Shown in pieces: positions 1-9,750 of a stretch of 55,390 bases of DNA; within the stretch, counting starts at the first letter, position 1, and every line of letters begins with the position of its first letter. Under the pieces are notes generated by a model that saw only the letters and a program-made list of their open reading frames with translations, was not told where the DNA came from and ran no database searches. The stretch covers positions 1 through 55,390 of the forward strand of contig JBBRLF010000001.1 in the NCBI GenBank assembly GCA_038231515.1. Reading direction: 5' to 3'. Position numbers and translations under genes: made by a program. The stretch comes from a candidate division WWE3 bacterium. GTDB lineage: Bacteria; Bdellovibrionota; UBA1018; UBA923.

Positions 1-961
1 AGCCTTGCTGAGGCGCAGCCTTTTGCTCATTCACCTTTTTAAGCATGTCGATATTGAGCGGCGCGAAGTTGGCGCGATCGCGTACGCCGCCCTCGACGTT
101 ACGTTCTTCGGGAATCTCAGCTGGCTGCGCCTGCGCGGCCTGAGCCTGCTGCTGCTGGTTGATCAGATTTTCGAGACCGCCAATTTCCATTCCGCCGGGA
201 CCGGTTACGTTGGCCGCGCCGGCCTTGCCCGCGCTGGCGTCGATGATACGCGAAACGTTACGCAGCAGCATCTTGGTGGGCTTGGTAAGGTCGCCCGTAA
301 GCAGCACCGTCTCTTTACCTTCAAAGGCAACACCGTGCACGACTTCGGTATGCGTCGTGCGGGCCTGCATCGGCTTGTCTTCTTCGGTAATAGCCGAAAT
401 CTGCATCATATACTGCCCGCTCTTGGCCAGCACATTGCCGCTAACCTTGCCATCCCAGTCAATGGAGACCTGGCCCTTCTTGACATTTGTTTTGTCGAGG
501 TCGCGCACGGTCTCGCCCTTCTCGTTGATGATCGAGATGTGCACCTTGGCCGCGTCCATGGGCAGCTCAAAGTTAAGCGGGGTGTACTTGCCCTCGGTAT
601 GCGTCAGGCGGCTGGAGTCCGCCGTAACGTATTTTCCGATAAGATTGGCCGCGCCCATGTTCTGCAAGGGCTGCTGCGAAGCCGTAAGTTTTTCGAGGTT
701 GTTATTCATGTTCACCATCTGCTCAAGCGAGGTGAACTGCGCCATCTGCGCGGCCATCTGTTCGTTGCTGGCCGGCTTGAGCGGATCCTGCTGCTGAATC
801 TGCGTGATCATGATCTTGAAGAACTCGTCTTTACCGAGCTTCTTTACAGCCTCACGCTGCTTTTCTTCCGGCTTGCCATAGTCACGGTTGATGCGCTCGA
901 GCACGTCGCCGCGCTCGCCCCCATGACCCTGTTCTGCTGCCGGTTTTAAAGTATTGATCAA
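1..961 (-). CDS. flgD: Flagellar hook assembly/capping protein FlgD (partial; C-terminus runs off the left edge)
   Basis: Absent from the ORF track because there is no stop inside the window. Hand translation of the minus strand from TTG at 961 (GGAA-type RBS about 8 nt upstream) stays open to base 1. It reads ...LGKDEFFKIMITQIQQQDPLKPASNEQMAAQMAQFTSLEQMVNM..., the canonical FlgD N-terminal motif, followed by a beta-rich part. It lies directly downstream of fliK. The + ORFs 5..949 and 159..797 are its antisense shadows. Confidence 0.85.
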   Translation of the reverse strand, partial: MINTLKPAAEQGHGGERGDVLERINRDYGKPEEKQREAVKKLGKDEFFKIMITQIQQQDPLKPASNEQMAAQMAQFTSLEQMVNMNNNLEKLTASQQPLQNMGAANLIGKYVTADSSRLTHTEGKYTPLNFELPMDAAKVHISIINEKGETVRDLDKTNVKKGQVSIDWDGKVSGNVLAKSGQYMMQISAITEEDKPMQARTTHTEVVHGVAFEGKETVLLTGDLTKPTKMLLRNVSRIIDASAGKAGAANVTGPGGMEIGGLENLINQQQQAQAAQAQPAEIPEERNVEGGVRDRANFAPLNIDMLKKVNEQKAAPQQG

Positions 962-1037
962 AGTTCAGGTTCCTTTTTTTCAGTGATGTGGCGGCGGACT
1001 CTCCACAAGCCCGCCGCCTCAAAACTGTTTTTACTGC

Positions 1038-2621
1038 CTATGCTTCCAGCTGCTCTTGCTGGTAGCGTCTATAGCCGCTACTCTGTCTATACTGCTGTTG
1101 CTGCTTCGCTTCCTGTCTAGCCTCTTGCTGGGTCCGATAGCGGTCCCAGGCGGAACCGCCTTGCTGATTGTCTTGCTGGCCGCCCTGCCAATCCGAAAAA
1201 GAAGATTGGTTGCTCCATTGCGACATGCCAACTGCGTCACCCGCCTGGCTCATCACTACCTGAGCCGTGCTTGCCGCATGATTGACTTCCAGCGAACCCA
1301 CTTGATAGTGGCTTGCCGTCAGTAGCTGTCTCAGCTCAGGCATGGCGTTGGTCATGGCATCACGAGCCGCGCTGGACGCGGTTTCGATCTGCACGTTGAG
1401 ACGCTGGCCCTCAGTTTTTACACTGATGGTCATCTCGCCAAGGTTCTCGGGAGAGATGCGCACGCGCACCGCTCCGCCGCCCCTTGCCGCCAACGTGGCC
1501 ACTTCATTTGCCAGTGCCATGGTATTGGCGAGCTCGGGCTTGCCATTCTCGCCCACAGTCATCTGCACCGTGCCCGCAACCGGAGTTGCCAACGCGGTAG
1601 CACCGAACTGACCATGCTGATGAGTCAGCTGTGGCATCATCATGCTCAAGCTGCCGTCCTTGGATTTCTCGTTCTGGCTTTCGTCATTGAAACGACCCAG
1701 CCGAGGATCAACCCGATCCACTCCCAACACCGAGCCCTGCCGAATTCCCAGCTGAGCCAGGAAATCCTGCGAAGACGTCAGCTGCGCTTTGGATCCTTTT
1801 TCCATTGAACCCATTGGTGCGCCGCCCATGTCGAAATGATCCAGCTCGCCTTCTTCCACACCCAGCACTTCCACTGGAATGGCCATAGGCACCTGAATCA
1901 CGATCGGTTGAACAACGGTCTGAGACTGAGCCATGCCCTGCTGCATCACCAACTGTGCCGCCTGCTGCGCGGTCACTGCGGCCTGCTGGGCCGCGACGGC
2001 TGCCTGCTGCGCTGCCGTTACGGCAGCCTGGCCACTCAAGCCGCCACCGACGCCCGGCACGCCACCGGTCGCCGAAGTTGCGGATTTCGCAGCCTGCGCA
2101 GCCGTTGGCGCCGGTAAAGCCTTGGGGCCCGCCGCTCCTTGCAGAGCAGCCTGTTCAGCCTCGGACTTCGCCTTTGCCTGTGCCTGCGCCTGCAACATTG
2201 CAGACGTCTGAGCCGCCGTGGGAATTTGCATTCCCAAAGCCTTCGCTCTCGCCTTTTGCTCTTCCTCAGCCGCTTCCTTTGCGCCGTTTTTCAACTGCGC
2301 GCCGGTTTCGCCAGCTTTGCCTTTCTGCTTCGCAAGTGCGGCGGCCGCTTCTTTTTTTGCGGCCTCCGCTGCAGCAGCAGACTTCGTAACTTGCTTTGTC
2401 TCACCCTTGATCTGCGCAGTGGCCAACGCCGCTGCCGCATCCTTTTGGTCCTGAGCCGCTTTCGCAAGCATAGCTATGAAGTCTTCTGGTCCTTGTTTAA
2501 CAGACGCGTCTTTGCCGTCGGCAGCCTTCGTCACAGCATCGGTTGCCTGTGCCGCCGTCTCCTTCTTGCCAAAGACCATATCGAGCAGTCCCTTATCGGG
2601 ACCTATTTGATTACTTGTCAT
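1038..2621 (-). CDS. fliK: Flagellar hook-length control protein FliK
   Basis: C-terminal Flg_hook-type domain (GGGAVRVRISPENLGEMTISVKTEGQRLNVQIETASSAARDAM...LRQLL). Long Ala/Gln/Lys-rich low-complexity N-terminal region. Sits between the fliJ-side genes and flgD. Confidence 0.8.
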   Translation of the reverse strand: MTSNQIGPDKGLLDMVFGKKETAAQATDAVTKAADGKDASVKQGPEDFIAMLAKAAQDQKDAAAALATAQIKGETKQVTKSAAAAEAAKKEAAAALAKQKGKAGETGAQLKNGAKEAAEEEQKARAKALGMQIPTAAQTSAMLQAQAQAKAKSEAEQAALQGAAGPKALPAPTAAQAAKSATSATGGVPGVGGGLSGQAAVTAAQQAAVAAQQAAVTAQQAAQLVMQQGMAQSQTVVQPIVIQVPMAIPVEVLGVEEGELDHFDMGGAPMGSMEKGSKAQLTSSQDFLAQLGIRQGSVLGVDRVDPRLGRFNDESQNEKSKDGSLSMMMPQLTHQHGQFGATALATPVAGTVQMTVGENGKPELANTMALANEVATLAARGGGAVRVRISPENLGEMTISVKTEGQRLNVQIETASSAARDAMTNAMPELRQLLTASHYQVGSLEVNHAASTAQVVMSQAGDAVGMSQWSNQSSFSDWQGGQQDNQQGGSAWDRYRTQQEARQEAKQQQQYRQSSGYRRYQQEQLEA

Positions 2622-3370
2622 TATTTTTCACCTCCCTTCTTATTGGATTTTAGTGGAGCCTGCGAGCTCGCTTGCACCGGTGCCGGAGATACACTCTTCG
2701 GCTGTACGGGTGCCTGCGCTATTGCTTGACCTGCCGCAGTTGGTTTTACACTTGAAACTTTGCGATCGGAATCCAACCGATACGTACCGGTGAGCATCTC
2801 GGAGAGCTTCGCGCTGCGGCTCTTATCCATGATGTTCATAATCTTGGCGACTTTCGTCACGTTCATGCGTTTGAGCACTTCCACGGCCAGGGAGTCGTCA
2901 AGGGTTTCAAACACGCCCGACGAGGCTTTGGGCGTCATCGTCTCGAACACGGCTACCAGCTTGATGACGCGCTCTTCTTTACTCTTGCTCTGGATTTCCA
3001 GGTCCGAGGTCACAACCTCGCGCAGGTGCTCCATCTCTTTGATTTTCTGATCCAGGGCCTTCTCGCGCTCCTTGATGCGTCCTTCGGTCTCTTCGAGCCC
3101 ATGCTCACGCGCCTCTACGGCCAGGCGCCGTGCCTCGAGATCACCGGCCACCGACTCATTGAGTACCGTCTTGGCCTTTGCCTCGGCCGCGCGCGTGGCT
3201 GCCCGCGAAGCCTCGGCCTCTTCGGCGGCTTTTTCCGCGGCGACGTTGGCGGCGCGGTCGCCCGAGGGCGCATCGGCACTGCGAGCGGGCCTAACCCACG
3301 CAATCTCAACTACGGCCAGCACCATTAAGCTGATGCACAACATGCGAAAAAACAGGCGGGCCCCCTTCAT
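2621..3370 (-). CDS. Flagellar-operon protein with MgtE_N-like (MotE/YlxF-type) C-terminal domain; N-terminal membrane anchor and coiled coil
   Basis: N-terminal hydrophobic segment, then a charged coiled coil. The C-terminal segment VAVFETMTPKASSGVFETLDDSLAVEVLKRMNVTKVAKIMNIMDKSRSAKLSEML resembles the MgtE intracellular N domain. Occupies the conserved slot between fliJ and fliK, with 4-nt and 1-nt overlaps with its neighbours. Confidence 0.55.
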   Translation of the reverse strand: MKGARLFFRMLCISLMVLAVVEIAWVRPARSADAPSGDRAANVAAEKAAEEAEASRAATRAAEAKAKTVLNESVAGDLEARRLAVEAREHGLEETEGRIKEREKALDQKIKEMEHLREVVTSDLEIQSKSKEERVIKLVAVFETMTPKASSGVFETLDDSLAVEVLKRMNVTKVAKIMNIMDKSRSAKLSEMLTGTYRLDSDRKVSSVKPTAAGQAIAQAPVQPKSVSPAPVQASSQAPLKSNKKGGEK

Positions 3371-3858
3371 ACTGCGGCCTCCTCTTCAGCATCGCTTTCA
3401 GCGTCGGCACGCCGGCGCGCAGCGCCGCTCATGATATAAATATCGTCGAGAATCTTGAGATCGCGCTTGTGCGCGACGGCCCGGTGCTCGCCCAGGCGGC
3501 GCTCTTTGAGCTTCTCAAGCGCTTCACGTTTTTGGCGGGCCTTCACGTATTCCACCCGTTTTTTATCGGTAAGGCGCGCGCCCCGTTCGATCTCCTGAGT
3601 CTTCCACACGATGCGGGTCTTCTGACCGGCGATGAACTGGTCAACCGCCGCAAACATGCCAATGCCGTCCACGCCAGTGCCGCTGCCAAGCTGGGTGTCT
3701 TTCTTGATCGCATCTTCCAGCCCCGTCTCCAAGGCTGTCAAGATGTCCATCATGCCTTGTAAAATGCGCTTGGCCAGCGTCCACTCTCTAAGACGCAGGT
3801 CTTCGACTCTTTTACGTTCCGCAAGCACGACTTCCAGCTTGAATTTAAATCTCTTCAT
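3367..3858 (-). CDS. fliJ: Flagellar export chaperone FliJ
   Basis: Small (163 aa), all-helical and charged, starting MKRFKFKLEVVLAERKRVEDLRL. Immediately downstream of fliI (adjacent codons), as in flagellar export operons. Confidence 0.7.
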   Translation of the reverse strand: MKRFKFKLEVVLAERKRVEDLRLREWTLAKRILQGMMDILTALETGLEDAIKKDTQLGSGTGVDGIGMFAAVDQFIAGQKTRIVWKTQEIERGARLTDKKRVEYVKARQKREALEKLKERRLGEHRAVAHKRDLKILDDIYIMSGAARRRADAESDAEEEAAV

Positions 3859-5169
3859 TTACCCTTTCACCGATCTGAGAATTCCGTTCATCATGGCCAC
3901 GCACTCACCGATAGGTGCGTTTTCGGTGATGTTCTGCTTCAGAAACCCTTTGAGCCGATCCATAATCGAGATGGCCTGGTCCAGGCGCACATTGCTGCCT
4001 TTGACATAAGCCCCGATATTGATCAGGTCTTCGTGCGCGGCATAAGTGGCCATCAAATCCTTGAGCTCGCCCGCGATTTCGTTATGCCCTTTGTCGATCA
4101 CGGAACGCATCACGCGGCTGACGCTGGCTGCGACATCAATGGCCGGATACTGATTGCGCGCGGCCAGGGCCCGCGAAAGAACGATGTGGCCGTCGAGAAT
4201 CGAACGAGTGGCGTCGGCAATTGGCTCGTCCATGTCGTCGCCTTCAACCAGGACGGTATAGAGGCCCGTGATGCTTCCCTTGCCCTTGCGGGTGCCGGCG
4301 CGCTCGAGCAGCTTGGGCAGGGTGGCAAAAACCGAAGGAGTGTACCCTTTGCTGGCAGGGGGCTCACCCATGCTCAGACCGATCTCGCGCTGGGCCATCG
4401 CAAAGCGGGTTACCGAATCCATCAGCATCAAAACGTCGGCACCCTTGCCGCTGAAATATTCCGCGATGGTCGAAGCGACAAACGCGCAACGCATGCGCAG
4501 TAGCGGCGAGCGATCACTGGTAGCCACCACCACGACCGAGCGGGCCAGCCCCTCGGGGCCCAGGTCACGTTCGATGAACTCACGCACTTCGCGACCGCGC
4601 TCACCAACCAAGGCGATCACGTTGACATTGGCTTTCGTGTAACGCGCCATCATACCCAGCAATACGCTCTTGCCCACGCCCGAGCCAGCCATGATGCCCA
4701 TACGCTGGCCTTTGCCACAGGTAAGCAAGCCGTTGATGGCCCGAATGCCCAGATCCAGGGGCTCGGTGATCACACTGCGTTCAAGCGGGTTTACCGTCGA
4801 GCCGTAGATGCCCCGGCGCTGCACACTTTTAAGACCGGCGCCAATCGGGCCCTTACCGTCCATGGGTTCGCCACGGCCATCGATGACACGACCCAAAAGA
4901 AAGTCGCCCACGGGAATGCTGGCCTCGGATTCGGTCAGAATAATCTTGCTCGTATTGCTCAGGCCGCGGCCTTCTTCGAGCGGCATCAGAATCACGCGCT
5001 TGTCTTTGAAGCCGATCACCTCGGCCTCAACCGAGTTCATCGGATTAATTTCGGTGGCGCCACCGGGAATGATGCGCACAATGCTGCCAACCGCGGCGCC
5101 AGGCAGATAACCCTCGAACGTGAGCCCTACGCTCTTCGAAAGTTTGCCGCGCTCGCGGTACAGAAGCAT
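3859..5169 (-). CDS. fliI: Flagellum-specific ATP synthase FliI
   Basis: Walker A GSGVGKS, Walker B VLMLMDS, and F1/T3SS-ATPase-like sequence throughout. 436 aa. Confidence 0.95.
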   Translation of the reverse strand: MLLYRERGKLSKSVGLTFEGYLPGAAVGSIVRIIPGGATEINPMNSVEAEVIGFKDKRVILMPLEEGRGLSNTSKIILTESEASIPVGDFLLGRVIDGRGEPMDGKGPIGAGLKSVQRRGIYGSTVNPLERSVITEPLDLGIRAINGLLTCGKGQRMGIMAGSGVGKSVLLGMMARYTKANVNVIALVGERGREVREFIERDLGPEGLARSVVVVATSDRSPLLRMRCAFVASTIAEYFSGKGADVLMLMDSVTRFAMAQREIGLSMGEPPASKGYTPSVFATLPKLLERAGTRKGKGSITGLYTVLVEGDDMDEPIADATRSILDGHIVLSRALAARNQYPAIDVAASVSRVMRSVIDKGHNEIAGELKDLMATYAAHEDLINIGAYVKGSNVRLDQAISIMDRLKGFLKQNITENAPIGECVAMMNGILRSVKG

Positions 5170-5228
5170 GCGAGAAAGTTTGTCGTTATAAACCCGTCGA
5201 TCGAGTTCATAGCCGTTTTCGATGTTGG

Positions 5229-6137
5229 TTATAAACCCTCCTGGTTTACACCGAGGCCGTTAGCGATACTCTGCAACTGAACTTCAATTCTTCCATCGAC
5301 TTCGCCGAATTCCGTTTCGACGCGGCAGCCACCAGTCTTGATCGACTGATCCACCTCTATAGCTACATTTTTCAACTGTCCGAGGGTTTGCGCAAGCCCC
5401 TCCTTTAATGCCTCTACGGAACTTTGTTCCTCGGCACCAATGAAGATCTTGATGTTCTCGCGCGTTCCCAGGCGATCCAGGATGTGCAAAGCCAGGCGCC
5501 GGGTGTAGCCGGAATCGTCCTTAAGCTCGCGCAAGATCACGGTTTTCGTGAGCTGATGAACCATATGGATAAAGAACTCTTCATTGGCCTTGAAGATCTC
5601 GCCCTTCATGCCTTCAAAGGCCACCAGCAGGGCTTCGAAGGCTTTAAGCTTGGGCGTCGACTGGGTCAAAACTTCCGTATAGCCATCGGTCTTACCCGAA
5701 TTGAACCCTTCCTGATAGGCATCGGTCGTGGTCTGCGCCCGCAGCTCCTCGATGCGCACCGCCAGCCGGCGCTGCACTTCGGTCTCGATGCGTTCCTCTT
5801 CTTCGGCCTCAACCGAGAGCGGCCCACGAGTGAGTTCGCTGACGCGGAAGCGGGCGTTCTTTTTTATTTTGGCATCTGGAATGCCTCTTTGGACGTTGGA
5901 GTATCTGATGCCGCGTGTGTCGTGAATCTTACCCGGCTCGAACTGCGATACCGTCTGCTCCTTGGGCATGTCGACCGTAACGATGTTCTGGCCGTTGACG
6001 CGGGTAACCTGACCGCCCAGGGGCACGTAGCTCGGATTCAGGTCTTTGGTCTTCGACAGCTCGCGGATCTGCATGTCACTGATCAGATGACTGTGGTCGG
6101 TTTTCTTTTGTGTGTCCTGGTCATCAGACGAGGGCAT
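5229..6137 (-). CDS. fliH: Flagellar assembly protein FliH
   Basis: Central charged helix (EEEERIETEVQRRLAVRIEELRAQ) plus a FliH C-terminal domain (IKIFIGAEE...GGCRVETEFGEVDGRIEVQL). Lies between fliG and fliI, with a 14-nt overlap with the fliG 3' end. The start could be internal. Confidence 0.75.
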   Translation of the reverse strand: MPSSDDQDTQKKTDHSHLISDMQIRELSKTKDLNPSYVPLGGQVTRVNGQNIVTVDMPKEQTVSQFEPGKIHDTRGIRYSNVQRGIPDAKIKKNARFRVSELTRGPLSVEAEEEERIETEVQRRLAVRIEELRAQTTTDAYQEGFNSGKTDGYTEVLTQSTPKLKAFEALLVAFEGMKGEIFKANEEFFIHMVHQLTKTVILRELKDDSGYTRRLALHILDRLGTRENIKIFIGAEEQSSVEALKEGLAQTLGQLKNVAIEVDQSIKTGGCRVETEFGEVDGRIEVQLQSIANGLGVNQEGL

Positions 6138-7152
6138 CCGCTTCGCCTCCGCGGCTTATGATGATCTTGCCTTCGGCCTCAAGCCGCTTGGCCACGTTCA
6201 CGATTTCCTGCTGCGCGGTTTCGACGTCGCTCAGGCGCACTGGACCCAGGGCATCGAGGTCGTCCTTGAGCAGCTGGCCTGCTCGCTTGGACATATTGCG
6301 GAAGATCTTCTCGCGAATCTCTTCGGGCGCGGTCTTGAGCGCGATGACGAGCTTGTCGTTTTGAACATCCTTGAGCAGCTGCTGCATGCCACGGTCGTCG
6401 ATGAAGATGATGTCTTCGAAGACGAACATGAGTTTGCGGATTTCTTCGGCCAGCTGAGGATCTTTCTCCTCGACGCGGGCCATGATGTTCTGCTCGGTTG
6501 TCTTGTCCATGACGTTGAGCATGTCGGCGATGGGCTGCACGCCGCCCAGCTGCTGGGTGTCGATCGACCCCAAGGTCGCCAGCTCCTGCTTGAGCACTTC
6601 GTCGACCTGCGCGATGAGCGTGGGACTGATGAAGTCGAGGTTCGCGATACGCAACACCACTTCGGTCTGGATTGCTTCGGGCAGCCGCTTGAGCACGTCG
6701 GTTTTTTTCGCGGGCTCGAGATGCGCCAGAATAAGGGCGATGGTCTGCGGATGTTCGTTGATCAGGAAGTTGGACAGCGTACGGGCATCGACCAGCTCGA
6801 GGGCTTCCAGAGTTCTGGACCCTTCAAGCACCGAAAGCTGACCCAGCACGGTACGCGCGCGCTCTTCGCCCAGGGTGGCGAGAATGAATTCGCGGCCGCC
6901 GCCTTGGCCGAAGATCATGTCTTCTTCTTCTGAGATCTGCGCATAGAAGTCTTCGAGCACCTGGCGCACGATCGAGATGGGCGCCTTCTGCACGCCGCTC
7001 ATCGAGCTGACGATGCGTTTAATGTCGTTGTCCTTCATCTTCTTGAACACCTGTGCGGTCACCTGGGTACCCAGGATATTCAGCAGCAAGGCTGTCTTGT
7101 CCAGACCGGACATTTCTTCGTATATATATGGAATTTGTGCAACGTCAGCCAT
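6124..7152 (-). CDS. fliG: Flagellar motor switch protein FliG
   Basis: Full-length FliG-like sequence (LDKTALLLNILG..., MFVFEDI, EIVNVAKRLEAEGKI). 342 aa. Confidence 0.95.
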   Translation of the reverse strand: MADVAQIPYIYEEMSGLDKTALLLNILGTQVTAQVFKKMKDNDIKRIVSSMSGVQKAPISIVRQVLEDFYAQISEEEDMIFGQGGGREFILATLGEERARTVLGQLSVLEGSRTLEALELVDARTLSNFLINEHPQTIALILAHLEPAKKTDVLKRLPEAIQTEVVLRIANLDFISPTLIAQVDEVLKQELATLGSIDTQQLGGVQPIADMLNVMDKTTEQNIMARVEEKDPQLAEEIRKLMFVFEDIIFIDDRGMQQLLKDVQNDKLVIALKTAPEEIREKIFRNMSKRAGQLLKDDLDALGPVRLSDVETAQQEIVNVAKRLEAEGKIIISRGGEADALV

Positions 7153-7165
7153 TCAGATTTCCTCG

Positions 7166-8866
7166 TTATGCCGATTTCTTGCCGCCAGGGCCGGGTGCCG
7201 CTGGACCGCCTACGATCTTTTCGGGGCCTACAGGCTTGGGCTTGTGTACCCATTCGTGCAGAATCATCGCCGCCTTCTGCGGATTGCTTTCGATGAGGGT
7301 CACGACCTTTTCCTTGATCATCTCGCCTTCGACCTTTTCCGGGTCGACCTTGTCGACAATGACCGGAATCACGTCCTCGACTGCATCAAGGTCGTCGGTC
7401 TGCATGCGCTCAAGCTCTTCAATGGTCTTGGGCAGAAAGCTTTCCATGTTCTCGACGGTGTTGTCCGTAAGCCATTTGACGAAGGGCCGCACGACGAAGA
7501 AGAAGAACAGCGCAATGACCGCACCGATAACCGCGTACTGGATCAGGTGGTTCATCATCTTACGACGCTCAAAGGCCGCTATGGCGATGTCCGCGTTATC
7601 CATGTCCTCGCGGCGGAACTCCATGCTCTTGATCTCAAGGGAGTCGCCGCGCTTCAGATCCAGGCCCACGGTGCTGGCCACGATCGTCTTGAACTCGGCC
7701 ATCTTGGCGTCGTCCCACTTGGCGAAGGCCGGGGCGCGGTCGGGATTAGCCGGGTCTTTACTATAGACGCCGTCGACCAGCACGGCCACCGACATCTTCT
7801 TGATCGAACCCACCGGCTTGGTTGCCCGAATAACTTTTTCGGGAACCGCGTAGTTGGTGGTTTCGTAGACCTTTTGCGTATTGCTGCGCACCTCGGGCGG
7901 CGCCGAAGCCGGGCCCGGAGTATTAGAGGCCGCACCAGGCGCGCCGCTCATGACCGGACGTGAGCCGTCCATGACATGATTTTCCTTTTGCTGCGACTTA
8001 ACCGCGCTGCCTTCGGAGTCGTACTGCGACTGAGTTTCGCTTTGCTGCGTGAAGTCCAGATCGAGCGCCACTTTAGCCACGACCTTGCCTTCGCCCACGA
8101 CGCGCGTCAGAACTTCCTGTACGCGCTTCTCGTATTCCTGCTCCATCTTCTGCTGGAAGTCGACCATCGTGGCCGTCTGAATGGCCAGCGGGTCGTTGGT
8201 GTTCTTGGACAGCATCTTGCCATTGCCGTCGACAATGGTGACGTCGCCGATTTCCATGCCCTCGATGGCCGAGGCGATCATGTGCGAGATGCCGGTAACC
8301 TGCTTGTCTTGCAGCTGCTGCCCGGGGTCCAGGTCGATCACGACGCTGGCCGTGGGCCGCTTCTGGTCTTCGATGAAGGTGGATTTATTGGGGAGCGCCA
8401 GATGCACACGTGAACGGCGCACACCTTTGAGATTATTGATCGTGCGCATCAGCTCGCCTTCGAGCGCGCGCTTCTGGTTGATCTTCTGCACAAAGCTGGT
8501 CTGACCGAAGCTTTGCTTGTCAAACACCTCGTAGCCGACAACACCCGACTGCGGCATGCCCATCGTGGCCAGCTCGAGTCTCAGATCGTAGACTGCTTCA
8601 GGCGGAATCTTGATCGTCTTGCCGTCGTTTTCGACGCGGAAGGGAATCTTCTTGTCGCGCAATACCCGCATGATGGCGGTGGCGTCTTCCGAAGCCAGGT
8701 TCGTTCCCAAGGTCTGGTAGCCCGTATCGCCCACCCAGAAGAACATCGCGGCCAAACTCGCCATGACGGTAATACCCGTCAGGATCAAACCTACTTTTCG
8801 AGCACCGCTCAGTCCATTAAAAAAGTCCTGCAGCTGCGATGTCGTCTTCTTAAAAAATTCTATCAC
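7166..8866 (-). CDS. fliF: Flagellar M-ring protein FliF
   Basis: N-terminal TM segment, a YscJ/FliF-family periplasmic domain (YEVFDKQSFGQTSFVQKINQKRALEGEL), a second TM segment and a C-terminal FliG-binding tail. 566 aa. Confidence 0.95.
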   Translation of the reverse strand: MIEFFKKTTSQLQDFFNGLSGARKVGLILTGITVMASLAAMFFWVGDTGYQTLGTNLASEDATAIMRVLRDKKIPFRVENDGKTIKIPPEAVYDLRLELATMGMPQSGVVGYEVFDKQSFGQTSFVQKINQKRALEGELMRTINNLKGVRRSRVHLALPNKSTFIEDQKRPTASVVIDLDPGQQLQDKQVTGISHMIASAIEGMEIGDVTIVDGNGKMLSKNTNDPLAIQTATMVDFQQKMEQEYEKRVQEVLTRVVGEGKVVAKVALDLDFTQQSETQSQYDSEGSAVKSQQKENHVMDGSRPVMSGAPGAASNTPGPASAPPEVRSNTQKVYETTNYAVPEKVIRATKPVGSIKKMSVAVLVDGVYSKDPANPDRAPAFAKWDDAKMAEFKTIVASTVGLDLKRGDSLEIKSMEFRREDMDNADIAIAAFERRKMMNHLIQYAVIGAVIALFFFFVVRPFVKWLTDNTVENMESFLPKTIEELERMQTDDLDAVEDVIPVIVDKVDPEKVEGEMIKEKVVTLIESNPQKAAMILHEWVHKPKPVGPEKIVGGPAAPGPGGKKSA

Positions 8867-8922
8867 TAAGCCATTCCCCCGTTAGCTTGGATCAGATCAG
8901 GTAGCCCGCGAACCGCTAAAAC

Positions 8923-9285
8923 TCACACCTGCATGCGCATTACTTCGCGATAGGCATCAATCACCTTGTTGCGAACCTGCATCATGAGCCGAAACGACAT
9001 ATCGGCTTTTTCCATCATCAGCATGGTCTCGTGGATATTTTTGTTGTGGCCGGCGGTCAGCTCTTTTGCGGCGCCATCGGCCTGCATCTGCAGCTCGTTA
9101 ACCTTATCGAGGCTCTGGGTGAGCATCTCGCCAAACGACTTGGGTGCGGCGCCGCCATCAAGGCCGCTGGCACCTGGAATTTCGGGAGCCACCGGCGACG
9201 AGATCTGCTGACCGTGGTCGAGGATACGTTCCATGTTGCCGCTCTGAAAAGCCCCGCCTATGTTTTCAATGGTCATGTTCGACAT
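8923..9285 (-). CDS. fliE: Flagellar hook-basal body complex protein FliE
   Basis: 120 aa. The C-terminal region HETMLMMEKADMSFRLMMQVRNKVIDAYREVMRMQV is typical of FliE. Sits between flgC and fliF. Confidence 0.85.
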   Translation of the reverse strand: MSNMTIENIGGAFQSGNMERILDHGQQISSPVAPEIPGASGLDGGAAPKSFGEMLTQSLDKVNELQMQADGAAKELTAGHNKNIHETMLMMEKADMSFRLMMQVRNKVIDAYREVMRMQV

Positions 9286-9312
9286 GAATCAGCTCCTCGT
9301 GAGAATCTTTTG

Positions 9313-9750
9313 CTATTTACCGATGTCCAGCGCACGCATGGCCATCGACTTGGCGGCATTGAGCGCGGTTACGTTTGCTTCATACGATCTGCTGGCCGAA
9401 ATCATATTGGCCATCTCTTCGACCGGATTGACGTTGGGCATGGCCACATAGCCTTGCGCATTGGCGTCGGGGTGCTTGGGATTGTAGACCATTCGTGGCG
9501 GTTTGGTGTCTTCCTGGATCTCGGTCACCTGCACGCCCTGCGCATGCTCGTCCATCGTACCCGTCAAAATTTCACCGAACGTTTCGCGGTCGGGCTGCGC
9601 CTGAAAAATCGGATCGCGGCGCTTGTAGGGGCCGCCTTCTTCGGTTTCAGTCGTTTCGGCGTTGGCCAGATTGCTTGAAATCGTGTTCATGCGCGTCTGC
9701 TGCGCATTCATACCGGCCGCGCTAATACGCATGCTGCTGAAAAAATCCAT
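9313..9750 (-). CDS. flgC: Flagellar basal-body rod protein FlgC
   Basis: MDFFSSMRISAAGMNAQQTRMNTISSNLANAETT, the rod-protein N-terminal signature. C-terminal SYEANVTALNAAKSMAMRALDIG. Confidence 0.95.
   Translation of the reverse strand: MDFFSSMRISAAGMNAQQTRMNTISSNLANAETTETEEGGPYKRRDPIFQAQPDRETFGEILTGTMDEHAQGVQVTEIQEDTKPPRMVYNPKHPDANAQGYVAMPNVNPVEEMANMISASRSYEANVTALNAAKSMAMRALDIGK

Noticed and set aside
5-949. 314-aa and 212-aa plus-strand ORFs at the left edge
   Set aside because: These are antisense shadows of flgD. Their translations are low-complexity and Arg/Leu-rich with no motif, whereas the minus-strand frame gives a textbook FlgD sequence.
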